NCBI GenBank assembly: GCA_041690355.1
Contig: JAWLHK010000003.1
Coordinates: forward strand, 173,428 to 237,427
Length of the DNA: 64,000 nt
Source of the DNA: a bacterium
GTDB taxonomy: Bacteria; J088; JAWLBW01
Direction: 5' to 3'
A model generated the notes under the pieces. The model saw nothing but the letters and a program-made list of their open reading frames with translations. It ran no database searches and had not been told where the DNA came from. Position numbers and translations under genes: made by a program. This document shows, piece by piece, positions 1 to 11,971 of this stretch; the stretch's first letter is position 1; the number at the start of each line of letters is the position of its first letter.

Positions 1-186
1 GAGTCGATCATCCGCTACCAGGTGCGTAACGGCGTCGGCGAGATGCCCGCCTTCAGGGACGAGCAGATTTCCGACGAAGATCTGGACGCCCTGGTCGAGT
101 TCATCGTCACCCTGCGCGAGCAGCAGGCTCTGCAAAGCCAGGGGCCCCGCATCTGGCAGGCGCGCACCCGCCGCAATAATCCATAA
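1..186 (+). CDS. C-terminal fragment of a class I c-type cytochrome (5' end outside window)
   Basis: Frame 1 reads ESIIRYQVRNGVGEMPAFRDEQISDEDLDALVEFI...NNP*. The GxGxMPAF...SDEDLDAL pattern is typical of the distal-Met half of small cytochromes c. The CxxCH motif is not in the window. Confidence 0.7.
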   Translation, partial: ESIIRYQVRNGVGEMPAFRDEQISDEDLDALVEFIVTLREQQALQSQGPRIWQARTRRNNP

Positions 187-241
187 TCTTTTCGAATGGT
201 TAGCGTTTCTTCGGGACTTTCCTCGTGGAACCTGCGTATAA

Positions 242-259
242 TGAATGACGATTCATTCA
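242..259. promoter_or_regulatory. Palindromic operator TGAATGA-N4-TCATTCA (TetR-family FadR/YsiA-like box) upstream of fadN
   Basis: TGAATGACGATTCATTCA is a perfect 7-bp inverted repeat about 50 nt before the fadN start, in an AT-rich spacer. It resembles the Bacillus FadR box. Confidence 0.7.
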
Positions 260-308
260 CATTATCCTCCCCTACTGAATCCCTTTTTCACAAACCCAGA
301 GGAAGTTC

Positions 309-2681
<2,373 letters not shown>

Positions 2682-2728
2682 TTCTCGGATTCTTCTGCTC
2701 CCCACAGCCAGCCCCCGGTTCGCACTGC

Positions 2729-2763
2729 GGAGGGGGAGAGGGGGGGAGGGGGAGAGTGGGGGA
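2729..2763 (+). repeat. G-rich polypurine tract in the fadN-fadA spacer
   Basis: GGAGGGGGAGAGGGGGGGAGGGGGAGAGTGGGGGA: four runs of five or more G. Confidence 0.6.
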
Positions 2764-2805
2764 TCAGGCAAGTACTCGAGACCAATTTTATTCAGAAGGA
2801 TTCTT

Positions 2806-3972
2806 ATGAAAGAAGCAGTCATCGTTGCCGCAAACCGCACCGCGGTCGGCAAGGCCAAGAAGGGGGCGCTCGTGAACGTGCGTCCCGATACCCTCGGCGG
2901 GGTCGTGCTCGCCGACGTCGTACAGCGCGCGGGCATCGACCCGACGATCATCGAAGATCTGCAGATGGGCTGCGCCATGCCCGAGGCGGAACAGGGAATG
3001 AACGTCGGCCGCATCGCCGTCTTCGCCGGCGGCCTGCCCCAAGACATTCCTGCCAGCACCGTGAACCGGTTCTGTTCGTCGGGCATCCAGTCGATCGCCA
3101 TCATCGCCAACCGCATTCAGGTCGGCGAAATCGAGGTCGGCATCGGCGCCGGCGCCGAGTCGATGACCATGGTGCCGATGGGCGGCAACAAGATCGTCCC
3201 GAACCCCGACCTGGCCGAAACCTTCCCCGACGCCTACATCGGCATGGGGCACACGGCCGAGAACGTGGCCAACCGCTACGGCATCAGCCGCGACGAGCAG
3301 GACGAGTGGGCCGTGACCTCACACGCCCGCGCCGCCGCGGCCATCAAGGCGGGCCGGTTCAAGGAGCAGATCGTGCCGGTCGAAGCCTGGCAGTTCGTCG
3401 ACGGCCAGATGAAGACCTACACCTTCGACACCGACGAAGGCCCGCGTGAGGGGACGACGAAGGAAGTGCTCGGCAAGCTGAAGCCCGCCTTCTCGACCAC
3501 GGGTTCGGTCACGGCCGGCAACGCCAGCCAGATGTCCGACGGCGCCGCCGCCGTGCTGCTCATGAGCCGCGAGCGTGCGGAGAAGGACGGGCTGAAGCCG
3601 CTCATGCGCTTCGTGACCTTCGCCGTCGCCGGCTGCCACCCCGACGAAATGGGCATCGGGCCCGCCCTGGCCATTCCGAAGGCGCTCAAGCAGGCCGGTC
3701 TCAAGGTCGAAGACATCGACCTGTTCGAGATCAACGAAGCGTTCGCCAGCCAGTTTCTCTACTCGGGCAAGAAGCTGGGGCTCGACTTCGACAAGGTCAA
3801 CGTGAACGGCGGCGCCATCGCCCTGGGCCACCCCCTCGGCTGCACGGGCGCCAAGCTGACCACGCAGCTCACCTACGAGATGCGCGACCGCAAGGCCAAA
3901 TACGGCGTCGTCAGCATGTGCATCGGCGGCGGCATGGGCGCGGCCGCAATCTTCGAGAACCTGCAGCGCTGA
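2806..3972 (+). CDS. fadA: Acetyl-CoA C-acyltransferase (thiolase)
   Basis: NRFCSSG catalytic Cys, [15 protein letters not shown] and MCIGGGMG motifs; AAGGA RBS. Confidence 0.95.
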   Translation: MKEAVIVAANRTAVGKAKKGALVNVRPDTLGGVVLADVVQRAGIDPTIIEDLQMGCAMPEAEQGMNVGRIAVFAGGLPQDIPASTVNRFCSSGIQSIAIIANRIQVGEIEVGIGAGAESMTMVPMGGNKIVPNPDLAETFPDAYIGMGHTAENVANRYGISRDEQDEWAVTSHARAAAAIKAGRFKEQIVPVEAWQFVDGQMKTYTFDTDEGPREGTTKEVLGKLKPAFSTTGSVTAGNASQMSDGAAAVLLMSRERAEKDGLKPLMRFVTFAVAGCHPDEMGIGPALAIPKALKQAGLKVEDIDLFEINEAFASQFLYSGKKLGLDFDKVNVNGGAIALGHPLGCTGAKLTTQLTYEMRDRKAKYGVVSMCIGGGMGAAAIFENLQR

Positions 3973-4003
3973 GCGCCCGCAAGGTTCCCCGGGGAAAATG
4001 AGG

Positions 4004-4038
4004 AAGCCCCCCGTCCGGATGGACGGGGGGCTTTTTTT
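4004..4038 (+). terminator. Rho-independent terminator of fadN-fadA
   Basis: AAGCCCCCCGTCC-GGAT-GGACGGGGGGCTT hairpin followed by a T tract. Confidence 0.9.
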
Positions 4039-4142
4039 GATCCTGTACAGGACTTGGCGGCCGGCTGCCGCCTCGAAAAGCCACTCTGCCGTCCCCAAAA
4101 GGTGGACCCAGAGTGGAACCCAAAGGTTTGAAATCAAAAGGG

Positions 4143-4484
4143 TCAGATGGCGAGCACCGAGACCTTCCCCTGCGATTTCCTCCCAGCCGGTTTGACCCGT
4201 ATTTCAACGTCCTGACCAAGAGCAGTCAGAAAATCGAAGAGGCGCTCCACGGAAAATGAGGCTCCTCGGTTTCGCATCAACTCTGATACATGGGGCTGGC
4301 GAATGCCGAGAATCTTACCGGCCTCAGTCTGGGTGAGCCCTCGGTCCTTGATGATTCGGTAAATGCGGAAGACCAGTTCAGCGCGAAGAAGTTCCTCTTC
4401 GGGGTGCGCCAGACCCAGATCCCGGAAAACATTGCCGGTCCCGCGAGACATGCGGGTAACAGATGAGCCTTGTTTGCGCTTCAT
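4143..4484 (-). CDS. XRE/HigA-like HTH antitoxin
   Basis: GTGNVFRDLG, LTQTEAGKILGIRQPHVSEL HTH, FSVERLFDFLTALGQDVEI; start overlaps the toxin stop (ATGA). Confidence 0.88.
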   Translation of the reverse strand: MKRKQGSSVTRMSRGTGNVFRDLGLAHPEEELLRAELVFRIYRIIKDRGLTQTEAGKILGIRQPHVSELMRNRGASFSVERLFDFLTALGQDVEIRVKPAGRKSQGKVSVLAI

Positions 4485-4828
4485 TTAGAGCTCCTGCGAC
4501 GGCGTTCGACCTCTGCGAGTCGTGCCCGGATGATTTCCAGCTCCCTTTGGGGAGTTACGGATCCGCGCTTGGATTTTTTCTGGAAGGCGTGCAACACGTA
4601 AATGGCGTCTTCAAAGCGAATCGTATATACCATGCGCCACGTATCGCCCTCCTGATTCGTAACAACCTCCAGCACCGATCCACCGCCGAAACCTTTCAGC
4701 GTCTTCACTGCCGGGTCACGATCACCAAGCTGCGCCACAAAGAGCGCCTGCCCGATCTCACCACGTACGGACGCCGGAAACCTTCGAACATCCTTTCGGG
4801 ATGAACCCACCCAGATGACCGGCTTCAT
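4481..4828 (-). CDS. RelE/ParE-superfamily (HigB/Gp49-like) toxin
   Basis: Likely start MKPVIWVGSSRKD at 4828 with GGAG RBS; LKGFGGGSVLEV and YVLHAFQKKS motifs; toxin-first gene order. Confidence 0.88.
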   Translation of the reverse strand: MKPVIWVGSSRKDVRRFPASVRGEIGQALFVAQLGDRDPAVKTLKGFGGGSVLEVVTNQEGDTWRMVYTIRFEDAIYVLHAFQKKSKRGSVTPQRELEIIRARLAEVERRRRSSK

Positions 4829-4837
4829 GCTGTCTCC

Positions 4838-4866
4838 AGTATACGTATTTTCGTATATAGCGTCAC
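4838..4866 (-). promoter_or_regulatory. TA promoter with overlapping autoregulatory operator
   Basis: Minus strand GTGACG-17 nt-TATACT; inverted repeat TATACG-N6-CGTATA at 4840-4857 spans the spacer and part of the -10. Confidence 0.7.
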
Positions 4867-5039
4867 GAGCGGGGGCTCGAACCTCACCTTTTCGACAATA
4901 CCGGGCCTGCTGGACAAACTCTGTCCCACTTGGCCGTCGTGCCATTTCCCAAGCTCCGTGTCACCAGGCTCCTCAGCAACATACCCCCTGCCCCGCCGGC
5001 GCTTTGGACCCCTGGGGCACGCCATGGCATAATCCTCGG

Positions 5040-8000
5040 ATGAAAATCCCCCGTTTGCCTGCCGTGCGCGAAGCCCTCCGTCGCTCTCCACTTCTCACCG
5101 CCGGCCTCTGCGCTGTGCTTGGCCTGGCTCTTTCTACCTGCTCTGCCGCACCCTCGCCGGCTCCGTCCGGCGAACGGTGCCTGCCCGAAGCGTTAGCGAC
5201 GTCGTTCGCGGCGCTCGAGGGCGATGCCGGGCAGCCCGTACGGTGGGAGCCGATTGAGTCCGTGGCCGATTGGAAGTTCCTCGGGAACGACGTCGGCGCG
5301 GTCTTCGATGCCCAGGACGGCGACTTTCTGATGGCCAACGAGCGCATCCGGGCGATCGTTCGCAGGCCCGGACGCAAATGGGCGCTCAACAGCTACGGCG
5401 GCACGATCGTCAGCGCCGACATTCAGCGCGAAGACGGCGTCTGGCATGACTACCTGGGCGAAATCGGCTCGCTCGTCGGACTCGCCTGGTCGATCGACGT
5501 GCAGGAATTCGAGCTCCTGCGCGACGGACGCGACGGCGTGCTGGTCGTCGGCGCTTACGGTCCGCTTCACCTGGCCGACTGGCTCAATCTCGAAGGCACT
5601 CTTTCAACCCTCTCGGCCAGCCTCACCGGCGGTGACCCCCGCCTGGGCCTGAACGTGCCCTGGCCCACCGACGGCAGCATCCAGCTGAACGCCTCGCAGT
5701 ATTACGTGCTGCGCAGCGGGGAATCGCACATCGAGATGCACACGGCCATCTGCAACCCCGAGGGCCGCACGCAGTATACGACGCTGACCGACATGATCGA
5801 GGCGGGCGGCAATGTACACCGGTTCAACACGGCCCGGCCGGCCGAAGGCGAGCGCGGCCTGCTCGGCGGCTTCAATCTCGGCTCGCTCGACAGCCGCCTG
5901 CAGACCCTCGGGTTCCGCGGCGAAACGGCGGGCTACGCCGTCACGCCCCTCGCCCAGGCCGCGAGCCTCCTCTATTCGCACATCGGCCTGATCGTGCACG
6001 GTACCGATGACGCGCTCGGATTTCTTACCGGCAGCCTCTTCGGATTCGATCTCGCCGCACCCGCGCCGGGCATTTTCCGCCTGCCCGCGGGCGGCAGCGT
6101 GCAGGTGGCCCGCGACATTCACGTGTATGCCGATTTCGATGGACTGCGTACGAGCCTCAACGCGGCGGCCGGCGAGACGGCTACGGCAAAGATCTCGGGA
6201 AGCGTTCGCGCCGGCGGCGCTCCGTTTGCCGGAAGCCGGGTGGCCTTGCTCGACGAACAGGGGCGGCTGGAAACGATCCTGAACGCCGACGCCGAGGGCC
6301 GCTATTCCGGTCGCGTCCGCGCCGGGTCCTATCAGGTGCACGCCGATCCGCGCGGGGGAGTGGCTCCGCCGCCCCAATCGATCGCCTTGCAGGCGGATAC
6401 CGAGGCGCGCGTCGATTTCGACCTCGAGCCGCCGGCGGCGCTGCGCTTCGCGATCCGCGGCCACGATCCGCGGCTCGGCAGCGGGCAGCTGCCCATGCCG
6501 GCCAAGGTGTCGCTGGTCTGCGCCGGACCGTGCCCACAGAAACCGTCGGCCATCTTCAACGACGTCTCGTTCGATGGTTGGCCGCCCGATCTGCAGACGC
6601 AGGCCATGGTCGACCACGAAGACCTCGTCAGCGTCATGGCCAAGCGCGGCGAGTGGCGCCGCGAGGCGCTGCGCGTGCCGGCCGGCGACTACGAACTGAT
6701 CATCACGCGCGGGCCGGCCTTCTCACGCTACGTGACGGCGGTGACGCTGCAGCCCGGCGAGGAACGTGTCGTCGCGGCGACGATCGACCGCGTCGTCGAC
6801 GAACCCGGGTGGATCGGGGCCGACACGCACGTGCACACCGTGCGCAGTTTCGATTCGCCCGTGCCGCAGAACGACCGCGTGCTGACCTTTGCCGCAGAGG
6901 GTGTCGAAATTCTGGTCGCGACCGACCACGACTACGTGTCTGAACTGGGCCCGGTCATCGCCGCGCTCGGGATGGAAGCGTACGTCACCGGCATTGCCGG
7001 AACGGAACTGACGTTTTTCGACCTGGGACACTTCAATGCCTTTCCGCTCCGCTACGGGTCTGACCTGCCGCGCGGAGGCGCCTACGATCCGTTCGAGGGC
7101 GTGGGCGGCCGGCTGCGCCCGCCGGCGACGATGTTCGCCGACCTGCGCGCCAAAGGTTCCATCGACCGGCCCGTGGTCCAGATCAATCACGCGCGCACGC
7201 CGATCATGGGGTACTTCGAGGCCATCCGCCTGGATACCGGAACGCTCGAAGCTGACGCCGATCCGGCCAACTTCCGGATGGCCCCCGATGCCGTCGACCG
7301 GAGCGGGGGACTCTTCAGCAGCGACTTCGACGCCTTCGAGGTCTACAACGGCTATGGCGATGTTCCCGTCGGGCTGAATGACCTGTTCGCGTTGCTCAAT
7401 CTGGGCTTGAACAAAGTGGGCGTCGCCGTCAGCGACACGCATAACTGGTATGCGTCCTCGGCCGGCAATCCGCGCAGTCTGGTGCAGGTCGGCGATACCT
7501 TTGACACTTCCGCTGGCGTGACCCCCGAGCGCTTCGCCCGCGCCATGCAGGCCGGGCGGGTCATCGGCGGCAACGGACCGCATGTCGAGCTGCGGCTGCT
7601 CGCACACGACGGCCGCACGGCTCGTCTCGGAGATACGCTGGGGACCTCCCATCCGGTCACGGTCGAAGTGCGTGCCGTGATGCCCGAGTGGATCACCATC
7701 GACACCCTGGAGGTTTTCTCGAACACCCCCGACGTGGCTTCTCGGGCCGGAAGCGCCGTGCGCGAGTACCCGACGGCCCAGTACGCAAGGATGGTGACCG
7801 AGGGAGACTTCGTTCGCGCCGGCGGAGCCAAGTCGGTGACGTGGACCTTCGTGGCCGCCCCCGCCCGCGACGCCTGGTTCACAGCCGTTGCCCGCGACAA
7901 CCCGGCGGCCGGTTCCAACCACGACCTGTTCCCCCTGATTCTGTCGCGCGACGAGTTACCGTTCGCCTTCACCAACGCCGTATTTCTCGACCGCGACGAA

Positions 8001-8153
8001 AACGGCCGCTTCGATGCACCGGGGCCCCAGGGAGAAATCCAGGAGGCGCCGCCGGGCCGCGCGCCGGGCAGTCCGTTGCCTGCAGACGATCCGAATCGGC
8101 GCCAGTTTACGCGCGATCTGTTCGAATCGCTGATGCATGGCCATGAACACTGA
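5040..8153 (+). CDS. CehA/McbA-family (PHP-like) metallohydrolase with carboxypeptidase-regulatory-like domain, probably a lipoprotein
   Basis: Metal-ligand motifs DTHVH, TDHD, GTELT..GHFNAFP, QINHAR, FEVYNG and SDTH; hydrophobic N-terminus ending LSTC. Start placed at MKIPRL because the longer ORF overlaps the TA promoter. Confidence 0.8.
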   Translation: MKIPRLPAVREALRRSPLLTAGLCAVLGLALSTCSAAPSPAPSGERCLPEALATSFAALEGDAGQPVRWEPIESVADWKFLGNDVGAVFDAQDGDFLMANERIRAIVRRPGRKWALNSYGGTIVSADIQREDGVWHDYLGEIGSLVGLAWSIDVQEFELLRDGRDGVLVVGAYGPLHLADWLNLEGTLSTLSASLTGGDPRLGLNVPWPTDGSIQLNASQYYVLRSGESHIEMHTAICNPEGRTQYTTLTDMIEAGGNVHRFNTARPAEGERGLLGGFNLGSLDSRLQTLGFRGETAGYAVTPLAQAASLLYSHIGLIVHGTDDALGFLTGSLFGFDLAAPAPGIFRLPAGGSVQVARDIHVYADFDGLRTSLNAAAGETATAKISGSVRAGGAPFAGSRVALLDEQGRLETILNADAEGRYSGRVRAGSYQVHADPRGGVAPPPQSIALQADTEARVDFDLEPPAALRFAIRGHDPRLGSGQLPMPAKVSLVCAGPCPQKPSAIFNDVSFDGWPPDLQTQAMVDHEDLVSVMAKRGEWRREALRVPAGDYELIITRGPAFSRYVTAVTLQPGEERVVAATIDRVVDEPGWIGADTHVHTVRSFDSPVPQNDRVLTFAAEGVEILVATDHDYVSELGPVIAALGMEAYVTGIAGTELTFFDLGHFNAFPLRYGSDLPRGGAYDPFEGVGGRLRPPATMFADLRAKGSIDRPVVQINHARTPIMGYFEAIRLDTGTLEADADPANFRMAPDAVDRSGGLFSSDFDAFEVYNGYGDVPVGLNDLFALLNLGLNKVGVAVSDTHNWYASSAGNPRSLVQVGDTFDTSAGVTPERFARAMQAGRVIGGNGPHVELRLLAHDGRTARLGDTLGTSHPVTVEVRAVMPEWITIDTLEVFSNTPDVASRAGSAVREYPTAQYARMVTEGDFVRAGGAKSVTWTFVAAPARDAWFTAVARDNPAAGSNHDLFPLILSRDELPFAFTNAVFLDRDENGRFDAPGPQGEIQEAPPGRAPGSPLPADDPNRRQFTRDLFESLMHGHEH

Positions 8154-8249
8154 GGATTTCCGCCGCACCGGATGCCTCGGGAGTGAGGTTCCGGTATAAT
8201 AGAGGGAACGGATAAAAGGCATGCTGCCGACCAAAAACACAGGCAATTC

Positions 8250-10259
8250 ATGAAGTTCCGCTTCCGCTCCTCGTTCTTCGTCGCCGTCGTGGCCGTCGTC
8301 GGCCTGTTCGTGTTCCTGGGTTCCTCGCGCCGGGCCGAACCGGCCGCCCTCCAGTGCAAGACGGTCCCGGTGCTGCTCGACCGGTTTCTCGACGTCCACT
8401 ATCAGTACAAGACGCTCGATCCCGATCTGGAGCGCCGCACCGTGCAGCAGTTCATCAAGATGCTCGACCCGAGCAAGTCGCTGCTGCTGCAGGCCGAGGT
8501 CGTCGAGCTCGAGAAAGAACTGTTGAAGACCTTCAAGACCATGAAGGCCGGCGAGTGCGAGGCGCTCGAAGAGATTCCCGCGCGCATGCTCAAGCGCGCC
8601 CAGGCCAACGAGGCCTATGCCCGCGAAGTTCTGACCGACAAGTTCAAGGTCGACCGCTCGGTCTCGCTGACCGTCGATCCCGATAAACGCTCCTATCCGG
8701 CCACGGATGAGGAACGCAAGGAGATCACGCGCAAGCTCATCCACTTCCAGATGGCGAACCTGGAGCTGACCAAGGTCGAGCCCGCCGAAGCCCGCAAACA
8801 GCTCATTCACCGTTACGAGCTGGCGACCAAGCGCGCCCAGGAAGTGACCTACCAGAGCACACTCGAGAGCTTCCTCGAAGCCTTCGCCCGGGCCCTGGAT
8901 CCGCACTCCTCCTATCTCTCGCAGGCCCAGCTCGAGAACTTCCAGATCTCCATGCGCCTCTCCCTCGAGGGTATCGGGGCCACCCTGAGCTCCAAGGACG
9001 GCTTCACCTTCATCGAAGGGCTCATCCCCGGCGGCGGCGCCGAGAAATCAGGCAAGCTGCAGCCCCAGGACAAGATCGTCGCCGTCGGCCAAGAAGGCGA
9101 GGCCGCCGTGTCGGTCATCGACATGGAGCTCAACGACGTCGTCCAGATGATCCGCGGCAAGAAGGGGACGAAGGTGACCCTCTCGATCCTGCGCGACACG
9201 GGCGAAAAGCCGGAGACCTTCGATGTCACCATCGTGCGCGATAAAATTGACGTCAAAGACCAGGCAGCCAGCATCCGCTACGAAACGCGCAAGGCGGGCG
9301 ACCGGGAGATCAAGGTCGGCATCATCGACCTCCCCTCCTTCTACGGCGGCTTCGGCGAACAGGGGCGTAACGCCTATGTCGACGTGAAGAATCTTCTCGT
9401 CGAAGCAAAAAAGGAGAAGGTCGACGGCATCGTGCTCGACCTCTCGCGCAACGGCGGCGGTCTGCTGCAGAACGCCGTGAAGATCTCCGGGCTCTTCCTG
9501 CGCAAGGGGGCCGTCGTGGCCACGAAGGACTTCCGCGGCAACGTCGAAGTCCTGGCCGACGAAGACCCCGAAACCGTCTACACGGGCCCGCTCGTCGTGC
9601 TCATCAGCCGCCTGAGCGCATCGGCCTCCGAAATCCTGGCCGGAACCCTGAAGGCATACGATCGCGCCCTTATCGTCGGCAGCGATCAGACCTTCGGCAA
9701 GGGAACCGTGCAGAGCGTGCTCGACCTGCCGCCGGGCATGGGGGCAATCAAGGTGACCACGGGCATGTTCTTCGTGGCCAACGGCAAATCCACGCAGCAG
9801 CAGGGGGTCGCCTCGGACGTGCGCCTCCCCTCGCTCTTCAACGAAGAAGAAGTGGGCGAGAGCAAGCTCGATCACCACCTGCCGGCGCAGTCCATCAAGC
9901 AATTTCTCTCGGCCGACGCCAACGCCGAGAAGGGGGCCGCGCGGTGGAGCCCCGTGCAGCGCGAGGTGCTGCAGACGCTGGCCACGACCTCGCAGGACCG
10001 GGTCGCCGCCGACGACGACTTCGACGACATCCGCAAGCGCCTGTCCAAAAAGAAGAACGGCGACGTCATCCGGATTTCAGACCTTTTCGAAGACAAGGCT
10101 GAAGGTGAAGACGACGCGCCGAAGTCTATCAAGGACCTGGCCAAGCCGCTCGTCGACGAGAGCGTCAACATCCTTGTCGATTACGTGCTGGCCGCCGACG
10201 GCGAAACCATGGTCGTGAAGAGCGACAAGGACGGCAGCGAAAAAACGGCCCGGCCGTAA
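8250..10259 (+). CDS. prc: Carboxy-terminal processing protease (S41, Prc/Tsp type) with PDZ domain
   Basis: LDPHSSYLS, SLEGIGA, IRGKKGTKV, DLSRNGGG, SASASEI, TFGKGTVQ; TATAAT at 8195-8200. Confidence 0.9.
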   Translation: MKFRFRSSFFVAVVAVVGLFVFLGSSRRAEPAALQCKTVPVLLDRFLDVHYQYKTLDPDLERRTVQQFIKMLDPSKSLLLQAEVVELEKELLKTFKTMKAGECEALEEIPARMLKRAQANEAYAREVLTDKFKVDRSVSLTVDPDKRSYPATDEERKEITRKLIHFQMANLELTKVEPAEARKQLIHRYELATKRAQEVTYQSTLESFLEAFARALDPHSSYLSQAQLENFQISMRLSLEGIGATLSSKDGFTFIEGLIPGGGAEKSGKLQPQDKIVAVGQEGEAAVSVIDMELNDVVQMIRGKKGTKVTLSILRDTGEKPETFDVTIVRDKIDVKDQAASIRYETRKAGDREIKVGIIDLPSFYGGFGEQGRNAYVDVKNLLVEAKKEKVDGIVLDLSRNGGGLLQNAVKISGLFLRKGAVVATKDFRGNVEVLADEDPETVYTGPLVVLISRLSASASEILAGTLKAYDRALIVGSDQTFGKGTVQSVLDLPPGMGAIKVTTGMFFVANGKSTQQQGVASDVRLPSLFNEEEVGESKLDHHLPAQSIKQFLSADANAEKGAARWSPVQREVLQTLATTSQDRVAADDDFDDIRKRLSKKKNGDVIRISDLFEDKAEGEDDAPKSIKDLAKPLVDESVNILVDYVLAADGETMVVKSDKDGSEKTARP

Positions 10260-10288
10260 GTCTGCGACGTCGTCCCGGGGGAGGCCGC

Positions 10289-11083
10289 ATGGCGGTTGCC
10301 GGGGGGAGTTCTGACCGCGTTCGAACCCTTGGCGGGGCGCTGCTGCTCTACGCGGTATGGACGCTCGCAACCTGGCTGCTCGAGGGGCGCATGCAGACGC
10401 TGCTGCGCCCTGACGCGGCGGGCGCCAGGCTTGCCTACGCCGTCGTCGCGAATCTGATCGTCGGTATTCTCGGCGCCGGGTTCCTGATCCGCCATCGGGT
10501 GCGCCGCACGCCAAGTCCAGAGACATGGGGATTTGCGCCGCGGGCGCGCACGCTTCGGACGGCGCTGGCGGGGTTCTGTCTGGGCGCTGCGTTGTTCCTG
10601 CTTCTGCGCCCCGCGAGCCTGCATCCCGCCGTGCTCGTCCATGCCTTCGCGCAGGCCTGGGTGGTCTCCACCGCCGAGGTGCTCGTCTGCTGGGCGGCGC
10701 TCGGCGGCGCCGTCGTCCATGCCGCTTCTCGTACCGGTCTTCGCAAATCGGCCCTCGCAGCAGCGTGGCTGGTTTCGGCCGCGGCCTTCGGCGCCTACCA
10801 TTTCGCCCACAGTCCGCCGTTCGATACGTGGGCGATGGTCGGCCTGCTCTCGCTGATCGGTCTCGTGACGGGCGCCTTCTTCTTTCTCGTCCGTGACGTC
10901 TGGGGCACGATTCTCCTGCACAACTTCCTGGCCCTGAAGGGGATCACCGACGCCCTCGCCCGCGGCGGACAGCTCGAGGCCTTTCGCCAGCTTCAGCTTC
11001 CGCTCCTCGCGACCGCACTCACGGCCGCGGCCCTGCTGGCGGCCGTCCATTCCCGCATCCGCCGCCAAGCGCCGCGCCCCTGA
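10289..11083 (+). CDS. Multi-pass membrane protein, CPBP/Abi (type II CAAX protease)-like, with degenerate motifs
   Basis: Several hydrophobic helices; FGAYH and TILLHN motifs; the first motif reads AEVLVCW instead of EExxxR. Confidence 0.6.
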   Translation: MAVAGGSSDRVRTLGGALLLYAVWTLATWLLEGRMQTLLRPDAAGARLAYAVVANLIVGILGAGFLIRHRVRRTPSPETWGFAPRARTLRTALAGFCLGAALFLLLRPASLHPAVLVHAFAQAWVVSTAEVLVCWAALGGAVVHAASRTGLRKSALAAAWLVSAAAFGAYHFAHSPPFDTWAMVGLLSLIGLVTGAFFFLVRDVWGTILLHNFLALKGITDALARGGQLEAFRQLQLPLLATALTAAALLAAVHSRIRRQAPRP

Positions 11084-11213
11084 GCCCCGCGCGCCGCCAG
11101 ATTCAGCCTGGCGCCCGCTACGCCGGCGACCGCACGCCGGACCTCCTTGCCGCAGCCGGGAACCATCGCAGCACCTTCCCCGCCGCGCTAGTCTGGAGGG
11201 GGGAATTCCTGAG

Positions 11214-11969
11214 ATGGAAAGCGCAACACAGACGCCGGTCGCACCGTCGCGGCGGGGGCCCGAGCGCGCCCTGGTTTTCGAGGCGCGCCGGCTTGAAAAA
11301 GTCTATGAAATGGGCGAAGTGAAGGTCACCGCCCTGCGCGGCGTCGACTTCCGCCTCTTCGAAGGGGAATTCGTCGTTCTTCTCGGCGCCTCGGGGAGCG
11401 GCAAGTCGACCCTGCTCAACATTCTGGGGGGGCTCGACACGGCGACCCGCGGACACGTCCGCTATCATGCCATCGACCTGACCGAGGCAGACGAGCGCGC
11501 GCTCACCGAGTACCGACGCCATCACGTCGGTTTCGTCTTTCAGTTCTACAATCTGATCCCGAGCCTTACGGCGCGCGAGAACGTCGCAGCCGTGACTGAG
11601 ATCTCCGAGCATCCCATGGCGCCCGAGGAGGCGCTGCGCCTGGTGGGGCTGGGCGACCGGCTCGATCACTTTCCGACCCAGCTCTCGGGCGGCGAGCAGC
11701 AGCGGGTGGCCATCGCACGGGCCATCGCCAAGCGCCCGGCCGTGCTGCTCTGCGACGAGCCCACCGGCGCCCTGGACATGGCCACGGGAATTCTCGTGCT
11801 GGCCGCGCTGGCCAAGGTGAATCAGGAACTGGGGACTGCGACGGTCGTCATCACGCACAACTCCGACATCGCGCGCATGGCCGACCGCGTCGTGCACCTG
11901 CGCGACGGGCAGATCGCCGGCGAGGAGCTCAACGCCGAAAAAACGCCCCCCGAGGAGCTGCGCTGGTAA
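11214..11969 (+). CDS. ABC transporter ATP-binding protein (LolD/MacB-like)
   Basis: [38 protein letters not shown]. Confidence 0.93.
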   Translation: MESATQTPVAPSRRGPERALVFEARRLEKVYEMGEVKVTALRGVDFRLFEGEFVVLLGASGSGKSTLLNILGGLDTATRGHVRYHAIDLTEADERALTEYRRHHVGFVFQFYNLIPSLTARENVAAVTEISEHPMAPEEALRLVGLGDRLDHFPTQLSGGEQQRVAIARAIAKRPAVLLCDEPTGALDMATGILVLAALAKVNQELGTATVVITHNSDIARMADRVVHLRDGQIAGEELNAEKTPPEELRW

Positions 11970-11971
11970 GC

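Noticed and set aside
4862-4892. tRNA T-arm-like sequence GAGGTTCGAGCCCCC on the minus strand beside the TA pair
   Set aside because: Stem is mismatched and no cloverleaf can be built; at most a decayed att remnant
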